Source: a virus (lineage: Duplodnaviria > Caudoviricetes). Taken from it: a DNA stretch of 42,252 nucleotides. The stretch's first letter is position 1. Each line of letters begins with the position of its first letter. Both the position numbers and the translations under genes were made by a program. The notes under the pieces are model-generated. The model was not told where the DNA came from. It made no database searches and saw only the letters and a program-made list of their open reading frames with translations. The DNA lies in the IMG/VR virus record IMGVR_UViG_3300048882_000450, positions 1-42,252 of that record. The stretch is one strand, 5' to 3'. Positions 1 to 10,158 of the stretch are shown here, one piece after another.

Positions 1-223
1 TATCAGTTGTTCCACTTTCTGCTGCTACAACCATTACAGAATCTGTGATTGTTGCGACACCTGATGCTATTGTAACTGTTGCTGTTGCTGGTGAAAATCC
101 AAGCATACCCTGTGCATCTGGTGATTCATTCCATTCATTAGAGCCTACAGGACTTGAACCATCATCTGGGTATGTTGATGTGTTTACTTGTGTGGCGTGC
201 TTAAATATTGCCTTACGTGCCAT
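1..223 (-). CDS. Partial ORF running off the window start; putative tail fibre/tail-tip protein (MARKAIFKHATQVNTSTYPDDGSSPVGSNEWN...)
   Basis: Translated by hand (not in the ORF track). ATG at 223 follows a GGAGG SD-like motif and the frame is open to base 1. Thr/Ala/Val-rich and at the distal end of the tail operon. Confidence 0.6.
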   Translation of the reverse strand, partial: MARKAIFKHATQVNTSTYPDDGSSPVGSNEWNESPDAQGMLGFSPATATVTIASGVATITDSVMVVAAESGTTD

Positions 224-224
224 G

Positions 225-383
225 TTATCCTCCTGTTATTGTTTTGCCGTCGATTTTAGTTAATTTGAAACTAATCTTTTCCTCGAACCTAACCTTGTCG
301 TCAAGTCCACTTCTTCCGTCAGGAAATTTCATGTTTAGTTTCTCCAGTAAGTTAAATATGCCCGAAATTGATAATCTAGTCAT
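225..383 (-). CDS. Small hypothetical tail-module protein (likely start MTRLSISG)
   Basis: 3' part of track ORF 225..479. The upstream part is an AT/poly-T intergenic tract. Its stop abuts the next gene. Confidence 0.45.
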   Translation of the reverse strand: MTRLSISGIFNLLEKLNMKFPDGRSGLDDKVRFEEKISFKLTKIDGKTITGG

Positions 384-471
384 GTATTTATTAATGGGTA
401 ATGGTATATTAATATTGCTATTTTGTGTAGAGGTATAGGGTTTATATTTAAAAAAAATAAAAAAAATGTGA

Positions 472-1071
472 CTAAACACCGTTCATTGTGTGATTAACAT
501 ATAATGTTAATGTGTCTGTATTGGTTTTATGGAAGCTAGATGGACTGCTAAAATTCCAATGAGTGAGTATTTTTACACCGTCTGCTAGAGTTGCTGCCTT
601 ATCGACAATACAACCACCTGTGATTGCGTTGCCTGAACTGGTATCAATTTGTGAGGTAGTCCAACTAAATTTATATGTAACTACGTCAGTTCCTGAACCT
701 GTGTTGTCTGCATCTCCATCATTTGTCTTTGGGTAAGCTGATGTACAGTCTTTTTGTGCTCCTGTAGTGACTATAGGAGTTAATACTTCTCCATAATCAT
801 CTGCTTTTGCTAATGTATCTGCACTTGATGGATTGTTTAATACACAAGTTGCTCCTGCTCCTGCTGCTACTGCTCTAAAATCTTCATTGGCTGATGGGGT
901 TTCTGATGCACCTAATTTGGCGTAATAGATATCTCCATCATTAGTTACTATATTAGAACCATAAAACCATTGTTTTTTACCACTTGCTGTTGTTTTTACA
1001 ACACAAATGTTGTTTTTAGGATCGATTGAACTTGGGAGTTCATATTGTGATCCTTCTACTAATGTAACCAT
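472..1071 (-). CDS. Virion structural protein, tail-tip/fibre associated
   Basis: 199 aa, Thr/Asp/Gly-rich with beta-strand character, own TATA promoter, lies after the baseplate-hub-like gene. Confidence 0.55.
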   Translation of the reverse strand: MVTLVEGSQYELPSSIDPKNNICVVKTTASGKKQWFYGSNIVTNDGDIYYAKLGASETPSANEDFRAVAAGAGATCVLNNPSSADTLAKADDYGEVLTPIVTTGAQKDCTSAYPKTNDGDADNTGSGTDVVTYKFSWTTSQIDTSSGNAITGGCIVDKAATLADGVKILTHWNFSSPSSFHKTNTDTLTLYVNHTMNGV

Positions 1072-1105
1072 ACTGATATTTAAATAGTTGTATATTTAAA
1101 GATTA

Positions 1106-3145
1106 TTATGGTTGTGTTTTAGATATGTTTGAACGTAGTTCGTGTAATGCCCCACCTAGAGCACTGTCTATATCAAATGAGTCTAATGAATGATCACCTA
1201 GATTAATTTCAGTTATACCTTCTGGGTAATAATATATAATACTTCTGATCGCTATGTTTAATGGTGTATCTGTTGTTCCAGCATCATGTTTGTCATCTAT
1301 AACTTTGACTTTATAATTCTCTCTTACATGATTAACTAAAGTTGGAACTCTTATAGATACTCTTCTGTTTAATGTGTCAAATTTTGCTAAATATCTACTA
1401 ACAAACTGAGGTAAATTCATACTACCCCCTGCTCGTACTATTTGAGGTAAATACAACGTTTTAGATATTCTCCCCAATATTGATATATCTCCACTAGACT
1501 GTGTCCATAAAGCATTAGTATCATAAATATTTTCATATGTATATTCTATAGTATATGAACCAGATGTGTTTGCTGTTGAACCTAATATAATCTTTTTATT
1601 ATCCACCTCAATTTTAAATTGGGTGTTTGTTGTTGGTGATGCATCCCATAATAGTTCACCATCTATTGAATGTGTTATTTTCACATCCAGTGGTTTGCGT
1701 TGTAATACCACTTCTGTATGTGTAGATGAATCAAAGTCAAGATAAAATTTAATCTGTTCTCTTTTATACTCTTCAATTTTTGATATAGCTGTCACATGTG
1801 TGGTAGTTGAAGTATCATCATATCCTAAATTAAACACATTTATTACACCTTCTTTAAATGTTATAGGTGAATATGTATTACTAGATGTTCCACCAGAATA
1901 ATAATCTATATCATCATCTTCTAACCGTAACACTTTTCTCGCATCCACACTAAATGATGAATCGCCTGTGCCATTTATAGTTAAAATAACAACGTTTTCA
2001 TATAATGTACCTCTTGCAGTATATTCAACATAATCTTTACCACTTCCTGTTATATTACCGTGCACATCAACAACTTTTATTCCAGTATCCATTACTGATA
2101 ATAAATCTATTAGTATTTCAAACCCATTTTTGTTTAAATAATTATTTTTATTTATATCAGAATCAGATGTAGTCCAAGTTATAGTAGAGTCGTCTGTGTT
2201 AATTTCACTATCATGTAACACCTTAGCAAAACTCTTACAATGAACTACTTTATGTGTTGGTTTTTCATCTATCTTCCATACTGTCCCACCAAACTTCATA
2301 GTATTTGGTTGCCTTCGTGTTTGTCTTAGAGTGATATAATCATTATCTGTTAAATATGAACCTGAGTATATTTTACATTGTGCTATATATCCATTCCATA
2401 TATTACCTCCACTTTTATCTGCCCCTAAGTATAAATATGTGCTACCTGTTGCTATATCCCCTGATATAGTTTCAGTATCTTCTATTGTTCCATCAACCAT
2501 TAGAGTAACAAGATCATTTTCATCTCTTTTTAGACTTATAAAATGATATCCAGATGAATTACGTGTATTTGGGGATATTATATTAATAGGTGTTGATGCT
2601 TCTAATGTATAAGTTGTTCCTCCTTTAATTATAGTTGCTTTAATATGTGTTTCTGATGGACTGCCAGTAACTGTTGTATGTTCTATTTCTATAGAGTTAT
2701 TGGAATCACCTTTACCAAAACAATAACTTGCGTTATTTTGTTGATACCAATCTGCTTTATTCACCCATAAAATAATATCAAATTGTGCTGAAAAATCTAA
2801 ATGATTATCATTAGATATCTTTACTGCTTTAGTTGCAGTAGTTAATCGTATAACTCTTCCGTCACATCCTTTCTCATATGTAGCATCTGTTTCATCAGCA
2901 GTTGTTTCCAGACCGTCCAAATCATATCCACTTTCGTCTCTTGTGTTGTCAGAGAAATTCCAAACCCCTACAAGATATTTAATGTTTGTGGGGTCTTGTA
3001 AATATGTTATTGAATCACCTTTAGTTACTGGTACTGCCCTTGAAAACGTAAATGTTGATGAGTCTATTGCTCTTGTACCATTTCTTTCTACTCTTGCTGA
3101 AATTAACTCTCTAGGTTTATTGTTTATGTAACATCTTACACCCAT
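1106..3145 (-). CDS. Tail-tip/baseplate hub-like protein with an inserted LamG (concanavalin A-like) domain
   Basis: LamG-like motifs (FDIILWVN, YHFISLKRDENDLVTLMVDG, LYLGAD...WNGYIAQCKIY) and a hub-like C-terminus. Lies two genes after the tape measure. Start taken at MGVRC after an AGGTGA SD. Confidence 0.65.
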   Translation of the reverse strand: MGVRCYINNKPRELISARVERNGTRAIDSSTFTFSRAVPVTKGDSITYLQDPTNIKYLVGVWNFSDNTRDESGYDLDGLETTADETDATYEKGCDGRVIRLTTATKAVKISNDNHLDFSAQFDIILWVNKADWYQQNNASYCFGKGDSNNSIEIEHTTVTGSPSETHIKATIIKGGTTYTLEASTPINIISPNTRNSSGYHFISLKRDENDLVTLMVDGTIEDTETISGDIATGSTYLYLGADKSGGNIWNGYIAQCKIYSGSYLTDNDYITLRQTRRQPNTMKFGGTVWKIDEKPTHKVVHCKSFAKVLHDSEINTDDSTITWTTSDSDINKNNYLNKNGFEILIDLLSVMDTGIKVVDVHGNITGSGKDYVEYTARGTLYENVVILTINGTGDSSFSVDARKVLRLEDDDIDYYSGGTSSNTYSPITFKEGVINVFNLGYDDTSTTTHVTAISKIEEYKREQIKFYLDFDSSTHTEVVLQRKPLDVKITHSIDGELLWDASPTTNTQFKIEVDNKKIILGSTANTSGSYTIEYTYENIYDTNALWTQSSGDISILGRISKTLYLPQIVRAGGSMNLPQFVSRYLAKFDTLNRRVSIRVPTLVNHVRENYKVKVIDDKHDAGTTDTPLNIAIRSIIYYYPEGITEINLGDHSLDSFDIDSALGGALHELRSNISKTQP

Positions 3146-3154
3146 TTGTATCAC

Positions 3155-4036
3155 CTATGGAAATGCAACCACAACAGTATCTGATTTCATTCCTGAACCT
3201 GCATCATTAACAGCAGTTATGTAAAAATAATATGTTGTAGTAGATGTTAATCCTGTTACTTCAAATTCTTTATAAGATGTATCACCAGAAACTGCCCCGT
3301 CAAGCCCACTATCTGTAAGTTCATTAGTTAAGAGAAATTTAGAGCCTGTTGGAGATTTTCTATAAACTCTATATTTAACAATGGATGTTGCTGTGTCTGT
3401 TGGTGAAGTCCATCTTAATCTTATACTTGTCTTAGGTGTATCACTTGTTAAACCAGTAGAACCGACTTGTGATGCTGATACATTCCTTGGTTCACTTGGT
3501 GTATCACCGTCATACATTGATATGACATTACCCAATATAAAATTAATAATCCCTGTCCAAATTACAGGTGAATCACCTGTTATACTAAATGATATTCTAT
3601 TTATAAATCCTTCACGTAAATCCATGTCAGGGAACTTTAAAAAATATCTATCGTTTATACTGAATCCTTGAAATGAACTTAAAAGATAACTAACAATTTC
3701 TCCAGATTCTGTATATTCACTCAATGGCGACCAATTAAAAGTTGGATTTGGTGTCGTGCCATCTGCATCAGATGTTATCTGACCTGTGGTCAAAACCTCA
3801 TCTATGGTTTTAATTAAATCAGTTGAGATAGTATTAACTTTCCATGATATTGAAGATGTTTCAGTATTACCTTCCATTTTTACTAAAACATTTTCACTTG
3901 CATGTTCTTGTGGTAAAGCCATTGGTGAAACTGGTTGATCCATAGTTATATTAACATTTTCTAAATTTGATATTTCATATCTTATTGTTCTGTTTTCAGA
4001 GAATGTTGTAGTTTTATAAAGATATATTGAACCCAT
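3155..4036 (-). CDS. Distal tail (Dit-like) protein with a C-terminal fibronectin type III domain
   Basis: FN3 signature PSEPRNVSA...SIRLRWTSP...YRVYRK...VTGLTSTTTYYFYITAVNDAGSG. Directly follows the tape measure. Confidence 0.7.
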   Translation of the reverse strand: MGSIYLYKTTTFSENRTIRYEISNLENVNITMDQPVSPMALPQEHASENVLVKMEGNTETSSISWKVNTISTDLIKTIDEVLTTGQITSDADGTTPNPTFNWSPLSEYTESGEIVSYLLSSFQGFSINDRYFLKFPDMDLREGFINRISFSITGDSPVIWTGIINFILGNVISMYDGDTPSEPRNVSASQVGSTGLTSDTPKTSIRLRWTSPTDTATSIVKYRVYRKSPTGSKFLLTNELTDSGLDGAVSGDTSYKEFEVTGLTSTTTYYFYITAVNDAGSGMKSDTVVVAFP

Positions 4037-5901
4037 TAGATTCTACCTCTTCTAGTATTTGCTTCTTGTACCACAGATAATATAGTACTTCTTAAAGCAT
4101 TTAAGTCTTGTTGGGATGCTGACATGTTTTGTATATTAATTGTAATATTAGATCCTCCCTTTCCCATTTTATTTAATGGTATCACTGCTTCTTTACCTGC
4201 CTCTCCCATCATATATCCTTTACCAGTTCGTAATCCTCTTCCTAATATAGGTTCATCTATAATTCCACCGCTAGCCATATAATCCATCCAGTCAATTTTA
4301 CCGTCTCCATTTCTATCTTCTAAACCGATACCTCCTGTTTTTCCTCTTACATTATCTCCTCCAGTGTTCATAGATGAATATGAATTATTTATTACCTCTT
4401 GTTTTTCTGCATATGTCATTGTTTCTTCTACTTTTGTAAACATTCCAGCGTTACCTTCAGCGTGTTTTTTATTTTTCTCGTTTGTTGCTTCCATTTTAGC
4501 CCGTATTGCTTTTTCAGCATCTGACATATCTCTTTCAGGAACATCTACTGTTTTTGACTTTTCAATTAAACCTTGAGCCCATTCTGTTAAATCATCAAAT
4601 GTGTCTGTTACTTCATATACTTTATTTTTATTTGCTTCTAAGTTTGCATTAAGATCTACAAGTGTTGGATTTAACTCTTCCCATCTTTTTTTCATTGATT
4701 CTGCCGATTCTATTAATATTGCGTTAGGGTCATTAGATTCATCGAATAATGCTTTATCTGTGTATATATTTATTAGGTCAGTTTTTACATCTCCTCCAAC
4801 TTCAGCATACCCTAGAGGAGGTATAATTTTAAAGAGATTACCTAGATCAATTCTAAATCCTAATAATTCCTCTATACTATTTTCTAAAGCAAAAGTAAAA
4901 TTATCTAATGTAACAACAACATCTTTTCCTGTATAATCAATTTCAGGAGTTATGACATCCTCTAAGGCACTACCTTCTCCTCGATTTGGTCTATTTGTTC
5001 TTACATTGGCATCTCCTCCTAAAATCTTTGCTACTAAATCTCCAAGGTCAGTTCCTAATTGCATCATTATAGGATACATCTTAGTGTACCAAGGTATTAT
5101 GAATTTCCTTAACATCATAACCATTATTGGTCTCATTACAAATCCAAAGAAATCCCCTATAGGTCTAAGTACCATCATAATACCAAACTTCCAAAGTTTT
5201 AACATTTGTTGTAACATTGGAGATGCTTCTATAGCCATTTGAACTCCTTTCATTACTGCTGTTGCACCTAACCCTGCTGCTCCACCACCAATTACACCTG
5301 CTGCTAATTTACCATGACCTTGAAAGAATTTATCCCATGTAGACCCTGTCCCAAAATATTTATCAAACATTGTAAATAATGGCATTAATGGACTTTCACC
5401 TGCACCTTCTTTAGTTAATCTATTATATGCTATATTCTCATCTTTATTAAAAACTCTTCCAGATTTTTTTAATTGTTCAAGTCCTGATAATTCAGATGCA
5501 CCTCCTATCATACTGCTTTGCCTTCCTATCATTTGCATAAATCCCATCACATTACCGTGTTGTCTTGATGAAGTTCTTAAAAATTGTCTTTCCAATAAAT
5601 TAGCATGTGATAATTCTATTCTATTTTTTTGTTGAAGATGTTTCATTGTATTAACTATTTCCCTATCAGATTGTGTTTTTGACATCTTTGCTTGTTTTTC
5701 AGTAGATTCTTCATTTTTCTTATTCTGTTTATCTGCTTTATTATATGCTTCATCATATGCTTTATTTGTTTTTTTAGCAGATTCTTCTGTTCTTGAATTT
5801 ATATCTTTCATTATTTTACTTATATTCTTAGAAACTTGTGTAAGTAATTTGGTAGCTTTGGTAAGTTCTTCTAAAATTCCACTATCAAATTCATCTGTCA
5901 T
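4036..5901 (-). CDS. Tail tape measure protein
   Basis: Coiled-coil N-terminus, Gly/Ala-rich hydrophobic middle and the C-terminal MASGGII...GEAGKEAVIPL motif common in tape measures. Follows the tail chaperone. Confidence 0.8.
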   Translation of the reverse strand: MTDEFDSGILEELTKATKLLTQVSKNISKIMKDINSRTEESAKKTNKAYDEAYNKADKQNKKNEESTEKQAKMSKTQSDREIVNTMKHLQQKNRIELSHANLLERQFLRTSSRQHGNVMGFMQMIGRQSSMIGGASELSGLEQLKKSGRVFNKDENIAYNRLTKEGAGESPLMPLFTMFDKYFGTGSTWDKFFQGHGKLAAGVIGGGAAGLGATAVMKGVQMAIEASPMLQQMLKLWKFGIMMVLRPIGDFFGFVMRPIMVMMLRKFIIPWYTKMYPIMMQLGTDLGDLVAKILGGDANVRTNRPNRGEGSALEDVITPEIDYTGKDVVVTLDNFTFALENSIEELLGFRIDLGNLFKIIPPLGYAEVGGDVKTDLINIYTDKALFDESNDPNAILIESAESMKKRWEELNPTLVDLNANLEANKNKVYEVTDTFDDLTEWAQGLIEKSKTVDVPERDMSDAEKAIRAKMEATNEKNKKHAEGNAGMFTKVEETMTYAEKQEVINNSYSSMNTGGDNVRGKTGGIGLEDRNGDGKIDWMDYMASGGIIDEPILGRGLRTGKGYMMGEAGKEAVIPLNKMGKGGSNITINIQNMSASQQDLNALRSTILSVVQEANTRRGRI

Positions 5902-5908
5902 ATAAATC

Positions 5909-6121
5909 TTATCCCTTACGTCTATTTAAATTTATTCGATTTTTACGATCTACCTCTTTATTTTCATTAATAAGCATGTTTAGGTACGAAGTAGACTGAC
6001 TGTCTACTTGTGTTTTCGTCCAGTGGAACTCTTTGGCGAAGTAGTAATAGATGCTGTCGAGGTATCTACTTCTGTTCCCACGAACGTCCCCACCCACTCT
6101 TCCAAATATTTCATTAAAGGG
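5909..6121 (-). CDS. Tail assembly chaperone, -1 frameshift extension (lambda GT-like)
   Basis: -1 frame relative to 6004..6396, open from the slippery heptamer C-CCT-TTA (6121-6115). Contains IYYYFAKEFHWTKTQVD, resembling T-segment motifs. Confidence 0.7.
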   Translation of the reverse strand, partial: PFNEIFGRVGGDVRGNRSRYLDSIYYYFAKEFHWTKTQVDSQSTSYLNMLINENKEVDRKNRINLNRRKG

Positions 6122-6396
6122 TAGTCTTTCATGACCTCCATCATGATCTTTTGTGCTACACTAGCTTTAAGGTTTCTAATCTCTGCTATTTCTTTTAGAG
6201 GGAAAGGTGCTTTTGTGATTACGGCTGTTAATATTAGTTGTCTATATAAAGGAATATTAACTATTGGTTTATTAACTTCTTTTAAATCAAGACATTTATT
6301 TAATATGTTTTCAAGATCACCAAATAAAATATCATCATCATATTCTATTGTTTCTTTAGAATCTTTCCAATCTATTTGAAATGATTTAATGGTCAA
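6004..6396 (-). CDS. Tail assembly chaperone (lambda G-like)
   Basis: Lies between the tail tube and tape measure and overlaps a -1 frame ORF. TTG start 29 nt from a TATA box. Confidence 0.75.
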   Translation of the reverse strand: MTIKSFQIDWKDSKETIEYDDDILFGDLENILNKCLDLKEVNKPIVNIPLYRQLILTAVITKAPFPLKEIAEIRNLKASVAQKIMMEVMKDYPLMKYLEEWVGTFVGTEVDTSTASITTSPKSSTGRKHK

Positions 6397-6434
6397 TATA
6401 AATGTTTCATTTGACTAATATAAAAGCCTTATGC

Positions 6435-7418
6435 TTACTCTTCTGCTGAGGTTGTGTTTGTTGCTACTACACTGATTGTTTTAACTTGCCAATTAATTTC
6501 TTCAAATATAGGTTCTACTGGTTCAATTCCACTGATTGCTTGATCTGTTATTGATAATCCAGCACATGTAATTTCAATCTTTTGATTAGTGTTATTTTCA
6601 ATAAATGTTAATTTGAATTCTGGTGAACCTCCTACTGTTTCCTGATAGGTGGTAGAAGTATCTGCTTTGATTTGTGCAAGTAATTTTTCTAATAGGTCTT
6701 TATTAATTAAAGATGCTCTGAATGAGCCAGTTATATCTAACACTCTTCTAAATGAATTAACTGCTGAATGTGATCCTAATCCGTATAATAGTTCGCTGTT
6801 TTGTGCTATACTTAAATTAACATCTTGGCATTGTGCGACTAGATTTCCACCAAAAGTTAATTCTGCATGTGCAAAAGTATAAGGAAATTCTTCGTTAGGT
6901 AATGTTGGTGCTACATGAGTTCCAGTCAATGCTGTTGATGGTGCTACTTCTTGTCCATAAGTAATATCAGCAGTACATTCTACAAGTCCACCAACTGCTG
7001 CTGAAATGGATAGATTATTTACTAATCCTCCTTTTAATGTCCTTACTATATCTGCTGATGCTCCGTCAAACCCAACTTCCATTTTAATTGTTCTTGGTGT
7101 TTTAAGGTTGGCTGCTGTATTATAAGTATGAGTATAAGGTGAAGCTCCTGCTGAAGTTGGTGATCCTAAAAGTGCTCCGAAAATCCAAGGGTTTGAAAGT
7201 GTGAATCCCATTGATGCTGTTCCTTGTTGTTGACCGTATGCAAAAGCGTGTATAGTATTTTTATTTAATTGTGCTAAATTAACTCTGTTATTTGTTAATG
7301 ATAAACTGGTTAATCTATCCTGTAGACCAAATTTTTTATTTGGAGTTCCACCAGATCCATAACTGTTTAATGTTTCAAAGTCATACTTTACATATGCATG
7401 AGCACCAGTTCGAACCAT
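6435..7418 (-). CDS. Major tail tube protein
   Basis: 327 aa with tail-tube-like motifs (PYTHTY, LDITGSF). Canonical position, own promoter. Confidence 0.8.
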   Translation of the reverse strand: MVRTGAHAYVKYDFETLNSYGSGGTPNKKFGLQDRLTSLSLTNNRVNLAQLNKNTIHAFAYGQQQGTASMGFTLSNPWIFGALLGSPTSAGASPYTHTYNTAANLKTPRTIKMEVGFDGASADIVRTLKGGLVNNLSISAAVGGLVECTADITYGQEVAPSTALTGTHVAPTLPNEEFPYTFAHAELTFGGNLVAQCQDVNLSIAQNSELLYGLGSHSAVNSFRRVLDITGSFRASLINKDLLEKLLAQIKADTSTTYQETVGGSPEFKLTFIENNTNQKIEITCAGLSITDQAISGIEPVEPIFEEINWQVKTISVVATNTTSAEE

Positions 7419-7453
7419 GAATTTATATTATACCTATGACTTATAAAGTTTAT

Positions 7454-7870
7454 CTATGGATTTAATTTTCTATATCTCACAGTTATATTATGACGATAAA
7501 TATTCCTATATAAATCATTGTTATTTGACGATGATATAATCATAAGGTCAACGTATGTAGAACCTCTTATATTTGATTTTATTATAGAAAATACTTCATT
7601 TACTACGTTTTGATTATGCTCTATATTTTGAAATGTATGTACTTGTAAATTAATAAAAACTTCGTGGAGAAAATCTTCTCCATGTAAACCAAAGTATTGT
7701 GTATTTTCAGTTGTAGGTGATATAAGTATAAAATCACGCCTGTCGTCCATAAAACCTGTAGATCTCTCTTCCCATACAAATGTTATATCTGGTGTAGTTG
7801 AATTACTCCATTTATCATTTAAAAGGGTTTTAAGTTCAGTCGCAGAATCATATATTGTAGAGCCAGCCAT
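7454..7870 (-). CDS. Tail terminator/tail completion protein
   Basis: 138 aa immediately before the tail tube; C-terminal YRHNITVRY strand is typical of SPP1 gp17/lambda gpU-like proteins. Confidence 0.6.
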   Translation of the reverse strand: MAGSTIYDSATELKTLLNDKWSNSTTPDITFVWEERSTGFMDDRRDFILISPTTENTQYFGLHGEDFLHEVFINLQVHTFQNIEHNQNVVNEVFSIIKSNIRGSTYVDLMIISSSNNNDLYRNIYRHNITVRYRKLNP

Positions 7871-7894
7871 GATATAATATATAATATATAGTTA

Positions 7895-9208
7895 TTAAGT
7901 TTGTCTTCTGCTTCGTGTATCTCTTCTTTTCATATTTGCTCCTAGTTTTCTGTTATCTGTTCTCCATACTTCATATTCTTTTGTTCTTTTAGTTGTATAT
8001 TTAGTTCTATTTTTACTCATTCTCTTGTATTTTCTAGCATGACTTATTGGTGTTTTTTTTCCTGCACTTTGAATTACATTATTATTATTAAATCTTGATC
8101 TTTTTGAAGGTATATGGTTTTTTAAATAAATAGAATTTGCAATAAGGAATACTGCCCTATCAATAAAATTAGCCCTTGCTGAATTAGATTTTAAGTTTAA
8201 AAACTTCTCAGTTGTATATTTATGATTTTTATTTGTTGAGTTTTTCATACCTTTATTAACAAACCAAGTTCTTATTTTCTTTATATTAGGAAAGTTTGGT
8301 TGATATGATGATTCTAAATTCTCTACATCTTCTAATGTTAACATCCTTGCATCAATATTCTGAACAGCTTCCCAATATGAAGATAATACTTTATTCATTA
8401 TTTTTTTATATAATTTTTCGTTTACATCATATCTTTTAATATATGTTTTTGTATTACCATCACCAAATAACTCGTCAAAATTATCAGGATCTAATGCCTT
8501 TTTTAAACTTTCTGATTGTATAGGTGATGAGAATATCTCTCTGTATTTTTGAATTCCATCATCTTTTGTTATATGAAATTTATTCTCAATATTAGATGAT
8601 GATGTGAATATATTTTTACCTCCAGAGTTTGATAGTGAAAATTCTTTCACAAAATATTTATCTGCCCATATTTTCCATACGTCCTTATACCATCTTGGTC
8701 TTTTCACCTCCATAGGAGTATTAAATTTATTATGAGTGGTTCCTGATCCTCCACCATCAGTAACATCTAACCATTTTTTTAACTGGGTTGCTTTCTTCCT
8801 CTTGTTTTTTATTCCTAGTTTGTTTGATCTATTACTTAATAACCAGTCATACATATCTATCTCAGCTTTTAATTTTAATTTTAAAAAATTATAATTCGGT
8901 TCTATTTTTGCAGATTTTTTACTTACATTATATGTTACATATGCAGGAATAAAATCTATACCTTTTTCAATTTTAAATCTTGTATGCATATCCTGATTAG
9001 CTTTCATCGCAAGTACTTTCATAAATCTTGTGTAAAGAGTTTTTTGTTTATTTGGTATAGATGTTAACTTGGAATTATCACTTAATATTATTTCTTTATA
9101 CTCCATAGATTTAAATCCAGCAATAATTAATTCTTCTATAGAAGCATCTTTTAATGTTAATTTATTAAATGTTTTTTCCTTTAAATCAGATATTATATTA
9201 TGACCCAT
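7895..9208 (-). CDS. Lys-rich neck-region protein, possibly with an HK97 gp10-like domain near the C-terminus
   Basis: 437 aa, very basic. The segment PNIKKIRTWFVNKG...AVFLIANSIY resembles gp10-like proteins. Lies between the adaptor and terminator. Confidence 0.4.
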   Translation of the reverse strand: MGHNIISDLKEKTFNKLTLKDASIEELIIAGFKSMEYKEIILSDNSKLTSIPNKQKTLYTRFMKVLAMKANQDMHTRFKIEKGIDFIPAYVTYNVSKKSAKIEPNYNFLKLKLKAEIDMYDWLLSNRSNKLGIKNKRKKATQLKKWLDVTDGGGSGTTHNKFNTPMEVKRPRWYKDVWKIWADKYFVKEFSLSNSGGKNIFTSSSNIENKFHITKDDGIQKYREIFSSPIQSESLKKALDPDNFDELFGDGNTKTYIKRYDVNEKLYKKIMNKVLSSYWEAVQNIDARMLTLEDVENLESSYQPNFPNIKKIRTWFVNKGMKNSTNKNHKYTTEKFLNLKSNSARANFIDRAVFLIANSIYLKNHIPSKRSRFNNNNVIQSAGKKTPISHARKYKRMSKNRTKYTTKRTKEYEVWRTDNRKLGANMKRRDTRSRRQT

Positions 9209-9210
9209 TG

Positions 9211-9834
9211 TTATGGAATGAAGAATATTTCTCTACGATTATCAATACAGTTCTCTATATCTGCTCTCCAGTCTGATTTAGATGAATTAAAGTCTGCTCC
9301 ATCTCCTCCTGTTGGCAAAATATCCATTCTAAAACTAGAGTTAAGTAAATCTATAGCTACAAGTTTAATACATGCATCTGTAATATCTAATGGAACTGTT
9401 GCATCACCATAACGATATGTTACTCTAACTCTGTGTTTTCTAATAATTGTAAATATATAACCTCTTAAAAATAATTTTCCGTAAACTGGCTCAAAGTCAA
9501 ACCATTGTGAATCATTAACTATATCAGTATATGTGGAACCTGCACCTTCCCAAACTTCTATCTTATCACCTTGAGCTGAATCAATATCCCTACAATTTCT
9601 ATGTTTTAAAAATAACGGTGTACCCCAACCATAAGTGTATAATAATGGTAAGTCATGTACTTCTCTACTTATTTGTTTATTACGTCCAAATGTATGACCT
9701 ATTCTTCTGTCAAGTTCTTCTTCTTTTCTATTAATAATTTTAGTGACTTGAGCCTTATTTGGAGTAGTGGTAGCAGTGATAGGAACACGAAGAAAATCTG
9801 AGACATCAGCGACTGTACAATAGGTAACTGCCAT
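9211..9834 (-). CDS. Head-tail adaptor (SPP1 gp15/HK97 gp6-like)
   Basis: N-terminal YCTVADV and the VTYRYG...VPLDITDACIKLVA motif. Confidence 0.8.
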   Translation of the reverse strand: MAVTYCTVADVSDFLRVPITATTTPNKAQVTKIINRKEEELDRRIGHTFGRNKQISREVHDLPLLYTYGWGTPLFLKHRNCRDIDSAQGDKIEVWEGAGSTYTDIVNDSQWFDFEPVYGKLFLRGYIFTIIRKHRVRVTYRYGDATVPLDITDACIKLVAIDLLNSSFRMDILPTGGDGADFNSSKSDWRADIENCIDNRREIFFIP

Positions 9835-9854
9835 GAATATATAAATGCTTGTTA

Positions 9855-10133
9855 TTATTTAAATATTATTAAATACTCTGCATTGCCTGTAATATCGGCA
9901 TAAATGCCTGCTTCAAACCTTCTATTGATATTTCCTAAGTCTTGAACTGATTCTCCATATACAGTGAATTCTACTGGTGCCCCACTAACAATTCCATTTT
10001 TAAGTTCTATTTTACTACCAGATGATCCTGATTTAATTACTTTAACTCCAACTATTACACCATGTCCTCCTTTTACTACTACGTCAGCATTAACATTAGC
10101 AACATTATGGTTAAGTTCTACCATGTTAACCAT
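9855..10133 (-). CDS. Small beta-rich virion protein
   Basis: 92 aa in the head-tail region, ending RFEAGIYADITG. Confidence 0.55.
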   Translation of the reverse strand: MVNMVELNHNVANVNADVVVKGGHGVIVGVKVIKSGSSGSKIELKNGIVSGAPVEFTVYGESVQDLGNINRRFEAGIYADITGNAEYLIIFK

Positions 10134-10158
10134 TAAGAATAGTCATATATAAACATTA

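Noticed and set aside
2943-5242. Plus-strand ORFs antisense to tail genes, and similar shadow ORFs opposite MCP, portal, VWA, RadA and MCM
   Set aside because: They are antisense shadows of well-supported genes and show no motifs of their own.
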